Positions 19,198 through 28,149 of a stretch of DNA of 28,149 nucleotides are shown in pieces. This stretch comes from Mesotaenium endlicherianum (taxonomy: Eukaryota): NCBI GenBank assembly GCA_009602735.1, contig WELA01001485.1, positions 186,001-214,149 of the forward strand, in the 5' to 3' direction. A program made the position numbers and the translations under genes. Below the pieces are notes generated by a model. That model was not told where the DNA came from. It saw only the letters and a list, made by a program, of their open reading frames with translations, and did not search any database. Numbering within the stretch: the first letter of the stretch is position 1; each line of letters begins with the position of its first letter.

Positions 19198-19305
19198 TAT
19201 TGAAGAGCCCTTCATTTTTTCTCTCACAAGCGTTTATTGGTTCCATAATATAACCGGTTGCCCTGTTCTCTTACAACGGAACAACAGCAACCCAAAGAGT
19301 GCATT

Positions 19306-20322
19306 ATGGATATCAGAAAAGAACTGGAAAAAAGGATACTGGTGATCGACGGCGCTATGGGCACCATGATCCAACAACACAAACTTACAGAAGCCGATTA
19401 CCGCGGTGAGCGTTTCAAAGACTGGCAATGCGATGTAAAGGGCAATAACGACCTGCTGTGTATTACACAACCACAGATCATCAAAGGCATTCATAAACAA
19501 TACCTTGCTGCCGGCGCCGACATTATTGAAACCAATACCTTCAGCAGCACTTTCATTGCCATGGCCGATTACGAAATGCAATCGCTGGCTTATGAATTGA
19601 ATGTAGCCGCTGCGCGCTGCGCCAGGGAAGCCATCCAGGAATTTACCGCAGAAAATCCGGGTACTGCACAACGGTATGTGGCTGGCGCCATCGGTCCGCT
19701 GAATAAAACCTTGAGCCTCTCTCCCGATGTAAACAATCCCGGCTACCGCGCCGTAACATTCGATGAAGTGGCCGATGCTTATTATGAACAGATAAGCGGA
19801 CTCGTAGATGGCGGCGTTGATATTTTACTAATTGAAACCATCTTCGACACCCTCAATGCCAAAGGCGCCATCTATGCGGCCAAAAAATATTTCAGAACAA
19901 GCGGCAAACCGGAATTGCCCATCATGATCAGCGGTACCATTACCGATGCTTCGGGGCGTACGTTGAGCGGACAGACACTGGAAGCCTTTTATACTTCCAT
20001 CATGCATGCAAACCCTTTAAGCGTGGGATTGAACTGTGCATTGGGCGCTGCTGAAATGAGACCGCATATTGAAGAACTGAGCCAGATAGCCGCTTGTTAT
20101 ACTTCGGCCTATCCCAATGCAGGTCTGCCTAATGCCATGGGTGAATACGATGAGGCACCCCATGAAACGGCTCATTTTATAGAAGAATGGGCCAAAGAAG
20201 GATTCGTGAACATCGTAGGAGGTTGTTGCGGCACCACGCCCGATCACATCAAACACATTGCCGACAATGTTAAAAAGATTGCGCCGAGAGCGATACCGGT
20301 TATTGAGACCGAGTTGGTTTAA
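19306..20322 (+). CDS. metH: Methionine synthase, homocysteine-binding (S-methyltransferase) module
   Basis: [30 protein letters not shown] and [11 protein letters not shown] (Zn ligands). ATG 19306 was chosen as start. Confidence 0.96.
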   Translation: MDIRKELEKRILVIDGAMGTMIQQHKLTEADYRGERFKDWQCDVKGNNDLLCITQPQIIKGIHKQYLAAGADIIETNTFSSTFIAMADYEMQSLAYELNVAAARCAREAIQEFTAENPGTAQRYVAGAIGPLNKTLSLSPDVNNPGYRAVTFDEVADAYYEQISGLVDGGVDILLIETIFDTLNAKGAIYAAKKYFRTSGKPELPIMISGTITDASGRTLSGQTLEAFYTSIMHANPLSVGLNCALGAAEMRPHIEELSQIAACYTSAYPNAGLPNAMGEYDEAPHETAHFIEEWAKEGFVNIVGGCCGTTPDHIKHIADNVKKIAPRAIPVIETELV

Positions 20323-20339
20323 TCATTAAGTCAAGTATC

Positions 20340-23057
20340 ATGAGTGGAGACATCATTATCAAACCTTATTTACGCCTTTCCGGACTGGAACCATTGGTTA
20401 TACGGCCTGAAACGAATTTTGTCAATGTAGGCGAACGTACCAATGTAACCGGTTCCAAGAAATTCGCGCGGCTCATCAGGGAAGGTAAATACGAAGAAGC
20501 CCTTTCTGTAGCGAGGCAGCAAGTGGAGAGCGGTGCACAAATACTGGATGTGAACATGGACGATGCGTTGCTTGAAGGCGTAACAGCCATGACCACTTTC
20601 CTCAACCTGATCCAGAGCGAACCCGATATTGCCAAGATCCCCATTATGATCGACAGCTCGAAATTCGAGATCATTGAAGCGGGATTGAAATGCGTACAGG
20701 GTAAATGTATTGTGAACTCCATCTCCATGAAAGAAGGAGAAGAGAAATTCATTGAGCAGGCCATCATTTGTAAATCTTTTGGCGCCGCAGTAATTGTGAT
20801 GGCATTTGATGAAATAGGACAGGCCGATACCAAAGAAAGAAAAGTAACTATCTGTCACAGGGCTTATAAAATACTGACTGAGCGCGTAGGCTTTGCACCG
20901 CAGGAGATCATCTTCGATCCCAACATCTTTGCTATTGCCACCGGTATTGAAGAGCATAACAATTATGCAGTTGATTTTATTGAAGCCACCCGCGAGATCA
21001 AGCAACTGATGCCGCTGACCAAAGTGAGCGGTGGTGTTTCCAACGTTTCTTTCTCTTTCCGCGGCAACGACCATGTGCGGGAAGCCATTCACTCGGTATT
21101 CCTGCTCCATGCCATCAAAGCCGGTATGGACATGGGCATTGTGAACGCAGGTCAGTTAGTGGTATACGATGAAATAGAACCCCGCCTGCGCGAGTTGTGT
21201 GAAGACGTGATCCTGAACCGCAACAACGAGAACAACGAAGCCACCGAAAAACTCATTGCCCATGCCGAAACAGTGAAAGCCAAAGGCAAAGTGGAAGTGA
21301 AAGACGAAGCATGGCGGAATGAGCCCATCGAGAAAAGACTGGCCCATGCACTGGTGAACGGCATTACCGATTATATAGATGCAGATACGGAAGAAGCCAG
21401 ACAAAAATATCCTAAGCCATTGGATGTGATCGAAGGCCCGTTGATGGATGGTATGAACATCGTAGGTGACCTGTTTGGCGCCGGTAAAATGTTCCTGCCA
21501 CAGGTGGTGAAGAGCGCCAGGGTGATGAAAAAAAGCGTGGCCATCCTTACACCTTATATAGAAGCCGAAAAAGAAGAAAAGAAAAAGGCGCAGCTACTTA
21601 GTGGTGAGGCAGACACAACATCTGCTGGCGCTGCCAAAATATTATTGGCTACTGTAAAAGGCGATGTACACGATATCGGGAAAAACATCGTAGGCGTGGT
21701 ATTGGGATGTAACGGCTATGACATTGTTGACCTGGGTGTGATGGTGCCGGCTGACAAGATACTGGAGACGGCGATCAAAGAGAAGGCAGATATCATTGGG
21801 TTGAGCGGATTGATCACGCCTTCACTCGATGAAATGGTGCATATAGCCAAGGAAATGAAGCGTCGCAATATGCAGCAGCCGCTGCTCATCGGAGGCGCTA
21901 CCACTTCGCGCATACATACTTCGGTTAAGATCGCACCGGAATATAATAATGGCGTTGTGCATGTGCTCGACGCTTCACGAAGTGTTACTGTAGCAGGTTC
22001 TTTGTTGAATAAAGAACAGAAAGAAGCCTTCCTGAAAAATACCGCTGAAGAATACGCCCGGTTGAAACACAATTTCGACAACAAAAAGCCGGTGAAGCAA
22101 TACCTTCCTTACGAAGACGTATTGCAGAACAAAACAAAGATCAACTGGGATGATTTTCAGGCAACCGATCCGCAATTCCTGGGCACTAAAGTATTCGACG
22201 ACGTAGACCTCTCCGAGATCAGACCTTATATTGACTGGAAGCCTTTCTTCATTGCCTGGGAAATGCACGGCAATTTCCCCGACATTCTCAGCGATGAACT
22301 GGTTGGAAAAGAAGCCACCAAATTGTACAACGATGCCAATGCACTGATTGATAAGATCATTGCTGAAAAATGGCTCACAGCCAAAGGCACCATCGGCTTC
22401 TGGGAAGCGGGCAGCGAGAACGACGATGTGGTGGTAAAGAACGGAACAGCAGATACCCGCTTATCCTTCCTGCGACAGCAGGTAAAAAAAGCGCCCGGAC
22501 AACCCAACCTGTCGCTGGCCGATTTTGTAGCGCCTGTTTCCAGTGGTAAAAAAGATTTCATCGGCGCTTTTGCCGTTACCATACACGGCATTGAACCGCA
22601 TATCAAAAGATTCGAGCAAAACTTCGACGATTACAACAAGATCATGTTGCAGGCCCTGGCCGATCGTTTTGCAGAAGGTTTGGCCGAATACCTGCACCTG
22701 AAAACAAGAAAAACATATTGGGGTTACGATCAGTCCGAACAGCTGAGCAACGAAGAACTCATCAAAGAACAATACACTGGTATTCGTCCTGCACCGGGTT
22801 ATCCTGCCTGTCCGGATCATACAGAGAAACACAAACTCTTTCACTTGCTCAAAGCCACCGATACAGTGGGCATTGAGTTAACAGAGAGTCTGGCCATGTA
22901 CCCTGCTTCCTCTGTTTGCGGTTGGTATTTTTCTAATCCAAGCAGCCAGTATTTCGGCGTGGGTAAGATCCTGCGCGATCAATTGGAAGATTATGCCCGT
23001 AGAAAGAACATGCCCCTGGCAGAAGCAGAAAGATGGTTGAGTCCGGTTTTGGATTAG
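20340..23057 (+). CDS. metH: Methionine synthase, pterin-binding + cobalamin-binding + reactivation modules
   Basis: [33 protein letters not shown] (B12 His ligand), [10 protein letters not shown] and [14 protein letters not shown]. Confidence 0.97.
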   Translation: MSGDIIIKPYLRLSGLEPLVIRPETNFVNVGERTNVTGSKKFARLIREGKYEEALSVARQQVESGAQILDVNMDDALLEGVTAMTTFLNLIQSEPDIAKIPIMIDSSKFEIIEAGLKCVQGKCIVNSISMKEGEEKFIEQAIICKSFGAAVIVMAFDEIGQADTKERKVTICHRAYKILTERVGFAPQEIIFDPNIFAIATGIEEHNNYAVDFIEATREIKQLMPLTKVSGGVSNVSFSFRGNDHVREAIHSVFLLHAIKAGMDMGIVNAGQLVVYDEIEPRLRELCEDVILNRNNENNEATEKLIAHAETVKAKGKVEVKDEAWRNEPIEKRLAHALVNGITDYIDADTEEARQKYPKPLDVIEGPLMDGMNIVGDLFGAGKMFLPQVVKSARVMKKSVAILTPYIEAEKEEKKKAQLLSGEADTTSAGAAKILLATVKGDVHDIGKNIVGVVLGCNGYDIVDLGVMVPADKILETAIKEKADIIGLSGLITPSLDEMVHIAKEMKRRNMQQPLLIGGATTSRIHTSVKIAPEYNNGVVHVLDASRSVTVAGSLLNKEQKEAFLKNTAEEYARLKHNFDNKKPVKQYLPYEDVLQNKTKINWDDFQATDPQFLGTKVFDDVDLSEIRPYIDWKPFFIAWEMHGNFPDILSDELVGKEATKLYNDANALIDKIIAEKWLTAKGTIGFWEAGSENDDVVVKNGTADTRLSFLRQQVKKAPGQPNLSLADFVAPVSSGKKDFIGAFAVTIHGIEPHIKRFEQNFDDYNKIMLQALADRFAEGLAEYLHLKTRKTYWGYDQSEQLSNEELIKEQYTGIRPAPGYPACPDHTEKHKLFHLLKATDTVGIELTESLAMYPASSVCGWYFSNPSSQYFGVGKILRDQLEDYARRKNMPLAEAERWLSPVLD

Positions 23058-23089
23058 CCCTTACCTTTGCGCCGAACAACCGATTCAGT

Positions 23090-23878
23090 ATGAAATGTGT
23101 AAGTAAATCGCTGTTGGTATTGGCTATGGTATTGCCCGTTTTAACGCAGGCGCAAACAAAGAAAAAAGAAAAAAAAGGCGAGTTTTATTTTTCCTGGGGC
23201 TATAACAAAGAATGGTACACGCATTCAGACGTTACAGTTAGTCAGCCTGAGCTGCAGACTAAGTACACAATGAAAACTGTGCACTCGCACGATCATATCG
23301 GATGGGATGAAGGTATTTTCAGCATTCCCATCAGCATACCACAATACAATTATCGAATAGGATATTTTTTCAACCGAAAAAAAGGATGGGCTTTCGAAAT
23401 CAATTTCGATCATACCAAACATATCATACAAGACGGACAGCAAATTGAAGTGAAAGGCATGCTGAATGGAAGACCGGTTGATTCCACCATCAATTTCTCC
23501 AAAGCCAATGGCTTTTATTATTACCTGAACAATGGCGCCAATTTCCTGTTGTTCAACATCGTGAAAAGATGGAACTGGTTGGAAGCAAAGAACAGTTGGT
23601 TCAAATTGGATGCACTTGCAAAAGCGGGTGTAGGTCCTGTTATCCCGCACGTAGAGAACAGCCTGTTCGGTCAGCACAACGATGCCGGTTTCCAATTGGG
23701 CGGATGGAACATGGGTTTCGAAGGCGCTTTACGCGGCACTTTCTGCAAGCACGTTTACCTTGAGTTTGCCAACAAGCTGGATTATGCCAGCTATTCAGGA
23801 TTGAAAGTGTACAAAGGAACTGCGTCGCAGGCTTTTGGAACTTATGAGCTTATCCTGAACCTGGGATTCTCTTTTTAA
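23090..23878 (+). CDS. Hypothetical secreted/outer-membrane beta-barrel protein
   Basis: Signal peptide ending TQA|Q, aromatic-rich strands and C-terminal LNLGFSF. It has its own -7 element TACCTTTG at 23062-23069. Confidence 0.75.
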   Translation: MKCVSKSLLVLAMVLPVLTQAQTKKKEKKGEFYFSWGYNKEWYTHSDVTVSQPELQTKYTMKTVHSHDHIGWDEGIFSIPISIPQYNYRIGYFFNRKKGWAFEINFDHTKHIIQDGQQIEVKGMLNGRPVDSTINFSKANGFYYYLNNGANFLLFNIVKRWNWLEAKNSWFKLDALAKAGVGPVIPHVENSLFGQHNDAGFQLGGWNMGFEGALRGTFCKHVYLEFANKLDYASYSGLKVYKGTASQAFGTYELILNLGFSF

Positions 23879-23880
23879 TA

Positions 23881-24612
23881 TCATCTCTTTTCAAACAGCC
23901 ACCATAACCTTCTACGTGGTTTAACCTTGAAGTTTTTGCGCACATACGTTGCGATGTGGTGCATGGCTTCGTCCATATCATCGGTAAGGAACAACAATGT
24001 TTTGTCAACCGGCGCAATGGTTCCGGCGGCTTCCATGGAGTCGATGGCTTTCATCAATGGTTCGTAATAAGATTTGCCATAGAGTACGATGGGGAAATCG
24101 TAGATTACTTTTGTCTGCGCTAACGTAATGGTTTCGAAGAATTCATCCATCGTGCCAAAGCCTCCCGGCATGATGATGAATGCGTAAGAATATTTTACCA
24201 GCATCACTTTGCGGGCGAAAAAATAATCGAAAGTGATCCATTTGTGCATATACGGATTGGGATGCTGTTCATGCGGCAGTTTGATATTACATCCTACCGA
24301 AGTACCGCCGCTTTCAAAAGCGCCGCGGTTGGCTGCTTCCATAATGCCCGGTCCGCCGCCTGTCATGGTGGTAAAACCGGCTGCAGCAATGCGCCTGCCG
24401 AATTCCCTGGCTGCATGGTAGTATGGATGATCTTCTCCAAACCTGGCAGAGCCGAACACCGTAACACAGGGCCCAAGGAAATGCATGGTCCTGAACCCTT
24501 TGATGAACTGCCAGAATACATCCCAGGCAAAACCCAGTTCACTGATCCTGGGGCGGGGTCCTTCGAGATAAATGGATTGTTTTGCAGGAATGATCCTGTC
24601 TGTCTTTTTCAT
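23881..24612 (-). CDS. LOG family (TIGR00730-like) Rossmann-fold nucleotide phosphoribohydrolase
   Basis: VTVFGSAR, TGGGPGIMEAANRGA, YFFARKVMLVKYS and PGGFGTMDE. ATG 24612 was chosen because the longer ORF overlaps xth. Confidence 0.93.
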   Translation of the reverse strand: MKKTDRIIPAKQSIYLEGPRPRISELGFAWDVFWQFIKGFRTMHFLGPCVTVFGSARFGEDHPYYHAAREFGRRIAAAGFTTMTGGGPGIMEAANRGAFESGGTSVGCNIKLPHEQHPNPYMHKWITFDYFFARKVMLVKYSYAFIIMPGGFGTMDEFFETITLAQTKVIYDFPIVLYGKSYYEPLMKAIDSMEAAGTIAPVDKTLLFLTDDMDEAMHHIATYVRKNFKVKPRRRLWWLFEKR

Positions 24613-24712
24613 ATACACATCTTGAATACAAAGAAGGGTCAAATTAGTAAAAAAATAGCATGCGGTGAATGTGGTTTTTGATGCATCTTTATATTCGCTT
24701 AAACCCATCAAC

Positions 24713-25480
24713 ATGCGCATCATTTCATACAATGTCAATGGCATCAGGGCTGCTATCAAAAAAGGATTTCTCGACTGGTTGCAGACGAATCCGGCAGATA
24801 TTATTTGTTTGCAGGAAACCAAAGCACAAAAAGAAGACATTGATATTGCATCCATAGAATCGCTTGGCTACCAGACATACTGGTTTTCGGCACAGAAAAA
24901 AGGATACAGCGGGGTGGCCATCTTTACCAAAATCAAACCCGACCAGGTTATATCGGGAAATAAAATTGAACAAAGTGATTTTGAAGGAAGGGTGATCCGC
25001 GCCGATTTCGGAGATATCACACTCATCAACGCTTATTTTCCTTCGGGCACCAGCGGCGATGAACGGCAAACTTATAAATACCAATGGCTGGATGAATTCT
25101 TTGATTATGTTCAGGACTTGCGTAAAAAAAGACCTAAGCTGATTGTTACGGGTGATTATAATATTGCACATACCGAAGTAGATATCCACGATCCCAAGGG
25201 AAATAAAAACTCATCCGGCTTCCTGCCCGAAGAGCGGGCCTGGATGGATAAATTTCTTGGGAAACAATGGATCGATACTTTCCGCCTCTTGTATCCCGAT
25301 ACCAAAGGCGCTTATTCCTGGTGGAGCCAGCGTTTCCCTTCTGTAAGATTGCAAAACAAAGGATGGCGGATCGACTATATCTGTATCAGTGAAGCATTGA
25401 AGCCCCAACTGAAATCCGCTGCTATTTACCCAGATGTAAAACACAGCGATCATTGTCCCATCTACGCGGAAATTAAATGA
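24713..25480 (+). CDS. xth: Exodeoxyribonuclease III (AP endonuclease)
   Basis: MRIISYNVNGIRA, CLQETK, GYSGV, GDYNIAH, GWRIDY and SDHCP. Confidence 0.97.
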   Translation: MRIISYNVNGIRAAIKKGFLDWLQTNPADIICLQETKAQKEDIDIASIESLGYQTYWFSAQKKGYSGVAIFTKIKPDQVISGNKIEQSDFEGRVIRADFGDITLINAYFPSGTSGDERQTYKYQWLDEFFDYVQDLRKKRPKLIVTGDYNIAHTEVDIHDPKGNKNSSGFLPEERAWMDKFLGKQWIDTFRLLYPDTKGAYSWWSQRFPSVRLQNKGWRIDYICISEALKPQLKSAAIYPDVKHSDHCPIYAEIK

Positions 25481-25788
25481 GCATGTTTATCTACAACGTC
25501 ACCACGAAAGTCTCCCCGCATATCCACGAAGACTGGGTACGCTGGATGAAAGAAGAGCACATACCGGCTGTTATGCAAAGCGGCTGCTTTACGGAGTACC
25601 GTTTTGTAAAACTGCTGGAAACCGACGAATCAGAGGGGCCTACTTATGCCACGCAATATTTCGCAGCTACCAGGGATGATTATGAGCGGTACATTGCACA
25701 GCATGCAACTGCATTGCGGCAGGATGCCCTGGATCGATGGGGCAATCATTTCGTTGGTTTTCGCACACTCATGCAGATTGTGAATTGA
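25477..25788 (+). CDS. DUF4286-like small protein
   Basis: IYNVT...W..WMKEEHIP.V..SG.F and TYA.QY patterns. It overlaps the xth stop as ATGA. Confidence 0.8.
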   Translation: MSMFIYNVTTKVSPHIHEDWVRWMKEEHIPAVMQSGCFTEYRFVKLLETDESEGPTYATQYFAATRDDYERYIAQHATALRQDALDRWGNHFVGFRTLMQIVN

Positions 25789-26088
25789 GTGTGGATAGTT
25801 TTTACAGGCGATGTTGGCATATCCAAATCTTCGTTATATTTCTCTGAAACCCGCACGGGAACTGAATTCCAGCCATCTAACCCTTAAAACCCTTTGCCCG
25901 CAAGCGTTCCAGCCGGAAGGCATTTACGGAATTATTTCCAACTATTTGAATAAAATCGGCTGAAATCCTTTATGGCAGGGTGTTTGCAGGTTCCAAAAAA
26001 GAGGATAAAAAAGCAATGAAATATTTTGCTGAACGACAAAAGCCAATAAATTTGTTTCATAGAATTAAAACAATCTAAAAACACATCT

Positions 26089-26358
26089 ATGAACAAAGCT
26101 GAATTGATCGCCCAGATTGCTGAAGATGCTGGCGTTACTAAGACCCAGGCAAATGCTGCCCTGGATTCTTTTGTTGACACAGTAACCAAAGCGCTGAAAA
26201 AAGGCGACAAAGTTACCCTGGTTGGTTTTGGTACTTTCTCTGTATCTAAGCGTGCTGCTCGTACAGGTCGTAACCCTCAGACTGGCGAAACGATCAAGAT
26301 CAAGGCTAAAAAAGTTGCCCGCTTCAAAGCTGGTAAAGAATTAAGCGCTAAGATCTAA
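26089..26358 (+). CDS. hup: HU family DNA-binding protein
   Basis: [26 protein letters not shown] and FKAGK.L; -7 element TAAATTTG at 26047-26054. Confidence 0.97.
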   Translation: MNKAELIAQIAEDAGVTKTQANAALDSFVDTVTKALKKGDKVTLVGFGTFSVSKRAARTGRNPQTGETIKIKAKKVARFKAGKELSAKI

Positions 26359-26381
26359 CTGAAAGCTCTTCAAAAGAATTG

Positions 26382-26404
26382 AACCCCGCATTAGCGGGGT
26401 TTTT
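26382..26404 (+). terminator. Intrinsic terminator after hup
   Basis: AACCCCGC-ATTA-GCGGGGTT followed by a T run. Confidence 0.88.
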
Positions 26405-26447
26405 CTATTTTTGCAATTCATTTATTTTCAAAACCAAAAACAATACC

Positions 26448-26561
26448 ATGGGTAGAGGTGATAAAAAGACCGCAAAAGGTAAAAGATTTCAGGGCTCTTT
26501 TGGAAAAACGCGTCCTGCCAAGCCGAATAAGAGTAAGAAGCCTGCTGTAAAAGCTTCTTAA
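26448..26561 (+). CDS. 30S ribosomal protein bTHX (37 aa)
   Basis: MGRGDKKTAKGKRFQGSFGKTRP matches the THX pattern MG.GD.KT..GK...GS.G..RP; -7 element TATTTTTG at 26406-26413. Confidence 0.88.
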   Translation: MGRGDKKTAKGKRFQGSFGKTRPAKPNKSKKPAVKAS

Positions 26562-26568
26562 ACATTCC

Positions 26569-26686
26569 ATCGTCATCCCGAGCAACATCACCCTGAGCGA
26601 GCGCAGCGAGTCGAAGGGGCAGCCGAGGGACCTCATGAAGTCTTCAGCAGGTCCCTCGACTCGCTGCGCTCGCTCGGGATGACGAT
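26569..26686. repeat. REP-like extragenic palindrome with nested arms
   Basis: Perfect inverted repeats: 15 bp (26569-83/26672-86), 20 bp (26595-614/26656-75) and 10 bp (26624-33/26649-58). It is GC-rich and lies between convergent genes. Confidence 0.88.
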
Positions 26687-26697
26687 ATAATGGTACA

Positions 26698-27993
26698 TCA
26701 GCGATTCTTCGTTGCTATTGTTTCTATTGCCTGAACCAATCTGTCCAGGTCATCTATCTTCGTATATACATGCGGCGTAACGCGTACGCAACTGATGTTT
26801 TCCCACACAATACCAACGGTATGTATCTTATAGCGGTTGAATAAAGCGTTGTCGAGCTCTGCCGGTGTCATACCTTCAATGCTTACGCCCGTTATGGCGC
26901 AGGAATATTCCGGTTTCAAAGATGTATGCAGTTTTACACGCGGAATGGATTTTACCTTCCCGGCCCAATAATTTTTGAGATAGCGAATGCGTTCTTCTTT
27001 CCGTTTACTCCCGATGGCTGTATGAAAATTGATCGCTTCGCCTATTCCCTGCTCTATCGGAAAGCTACGGGTACCAAGGGTTTCAAATTTGCGGATGTCG
27101 TCGCTGTGCGGTTTATCGTTACAAAGTAGCGGCCATATCTTGCCAATTTTATCTTGTTTGATCCATAACATGCCGCTGCCAATGGGTGCGCTTAAGAATT
27201 TGTGCAGACTGGTTCCGAAATAATCGCATTCCAGATCCGGGATCTTGAAATCAAGCAGTCCGAATGAATGCGCCCCATCCACAATCACTTCCAGGTTGTG
27301 CCGGTGCGCCATCTGGCAAATCTTTTTCACGGGCATGATCTGTCCCACCCAATTGATGATATGGGTAACATGCAATATCCGGGTTTTAGGTGTGATGGCT
27401 TTTTCATAAGCGCTTACAATCGCCTCATCATCTTCTATGGGAAAATCGAAACTGATCTGCGTATACTGTAATCCGTCACGCATGGCACGCTGCTTCCAGG
27501 CCTGTATCATGTTCGGATAATCCTGTTTGGTACCGATCACTTCATCGCCCGCTTTGAGTTCCAGTCCATAGATAACTGTATTCAGCGATTCGGTGGCATT
27601 CCTGTTCACCGCTATTTCTTCGGGCAGGCAGCCGGCCAGTGTTGCCAGCTTCTGGCGCAGCGGCTCCCTTCCCTGGTCCAGTATCCGCCACATATAATAA
27701 GAGGGCCCTTCATTGGATAAACGATTGAAGCGTTCCACCGCTTCCTGTACCACACGCGGAGCGGGACTTACTCCGCCATTGTTGAGGTTCACCAGGTTGG
27801 GGTTTACAGTGAATGACTGTTGTATCACTGACCAGTAGTCCTCATCAGCAGCCACAGTTTCTGGACTGAATCCTGCTACTTTTTGTGCAGCCTGCTTCCA
27901 TTCTGCTGCATGCAACTGGTTAAAAAGACTGTTGGCAGAGAACGCTCCCGCCAGCAGGCCAAGCTGTCTGATGAATTTCCTGCGCTGGTTCAT
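26698..27993 (-). CDS. Class V PLP-dependent aminotransferase-fold enzyme with Tat signal
   Basis: QRRKFI twin-arginine signal, NLNNGGVSP, RNATESLN, DGAH and SLHKFL (PLP Lys). The start could also be 27999. Confidence 0.9.
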   Translation of the reverse strand: MNQRRKFIRQLGLLAGAFSANSLFNQLHAAEWKQAAQKVAGFSPETVAADEDYWSVIQQSFTVNPNLVNLNNGGVSPAPRVVQEAVERFNRLSNEGPSYYMWRILDQGREPLRQKLATLAGCLPEEIAVNRNATESLNTVIYGLELKAGDEVIGTKQDYPNMIQAWKQRAMRDGLQYTQISFDFPIEDDEAIVSAYEKAITPKTRILHVTHIINWVGQIMPVKKICQMAHRHNLEVIVDGAHSFGLLDFKIPDLECDYFGTSLHKFLSAPIGSGMLWIKQDKIGKIWPLLCNDKPHSDDIRKFETLGTRSFPIEQGIGEAINFHTAIGSKRKEERIRYLKNYWAGKVKSIPRVKLHTSLKPEYSCAITGVSIEGMTPAELDNALFNRYKIHTVGIVWENISCVRVTPHVYTKIDDLDRLVQAIETIATKNR

Positions 27994-28149
27994 ACCCATG
28001 AAGTTTAGTGAGAAAGTTAGCAAAAAAACGGCGTACGCCAATTTGTGTATCTTTGTATCAGAATACAGTTTTTATCATTAACGTTTCGTCTTAATTAGAA
28101 CATTTTCAACTGGTTATCATTTTGCTCTTTGAAATTTTGTAGTATGGGT

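Noticed and set aside
19201..19220. TGAAG-AGCC-CTTCA-TTTTTT hairpin as the riboswitch terminator
   Set aside because: The 5-bp stem is weak and does not overlap the aptamer, so there is no obvious switching. It is kept only as an alternative hypothesis.
19100..19305. Cobalamin or SAM-I riboswitch upstream of metH
   Set aside because: No B12 box or SAM-I core was seen, and the SAM-II pseudoknot explains the sequence.
25847..25914. Mini-CRISPR interpretation of the 40-bp-period repeats
   Set aside because: There are only two direct copies with short conserved blocks and variable middles, and no cas genes are present.
28030..28149. GGCGTACGCC palindrome, -7 element TATCTTTG (28048-55) and ATG at 28144
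   Set aside because: This is probably the promoter and start of the next gene, but only two codons are visible, so nothing can be called.

Overview
Bacteroidota chromosomal DNA, probably Chitinophagaceae-like. The assignment is inferred from TAnnTTTG -7 promoters, A-rich translation starts, split metH, bTHX and Gln-starting mature secreted proteins. In order the window holds: (1) the 3' part of an alpha/beta hydrolase; (2) a large K+ uptake locus: a sigma54-type promoter with upstream direct repeats, two tiny membrane peptides absent from the ORF track (a 27-aa orphan and KdpF), kdpA-kdpB-kdpC, an outer-membrane porin, a stand-alone KdpD-N/Usp protein, a separate HAMP-PAS histidine kinase and a convergent kup; (3) a UvrD helicase fused to a RecB-family nuclease, an Ig-like lipoprotein and recR; (4) an OB-fold/YceI/beta-barrel envelope cluster; (5) a SAM-II-type riboswitch with an apparent start-codon-sequestering expression platform, ahead of a two-gene B12-dependent methionine synthase; (6) an OMP, a LOG-family protein, xth, a DUF4286-like protein, HU, bTHX, a nested REP-like palindrome and a Tat-exported class V PLP enzyme. 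No CRISPR array, prophage, transposase, rRNA or tRNA was seen. All family calls come from motif recognition by eye, not from database searches.
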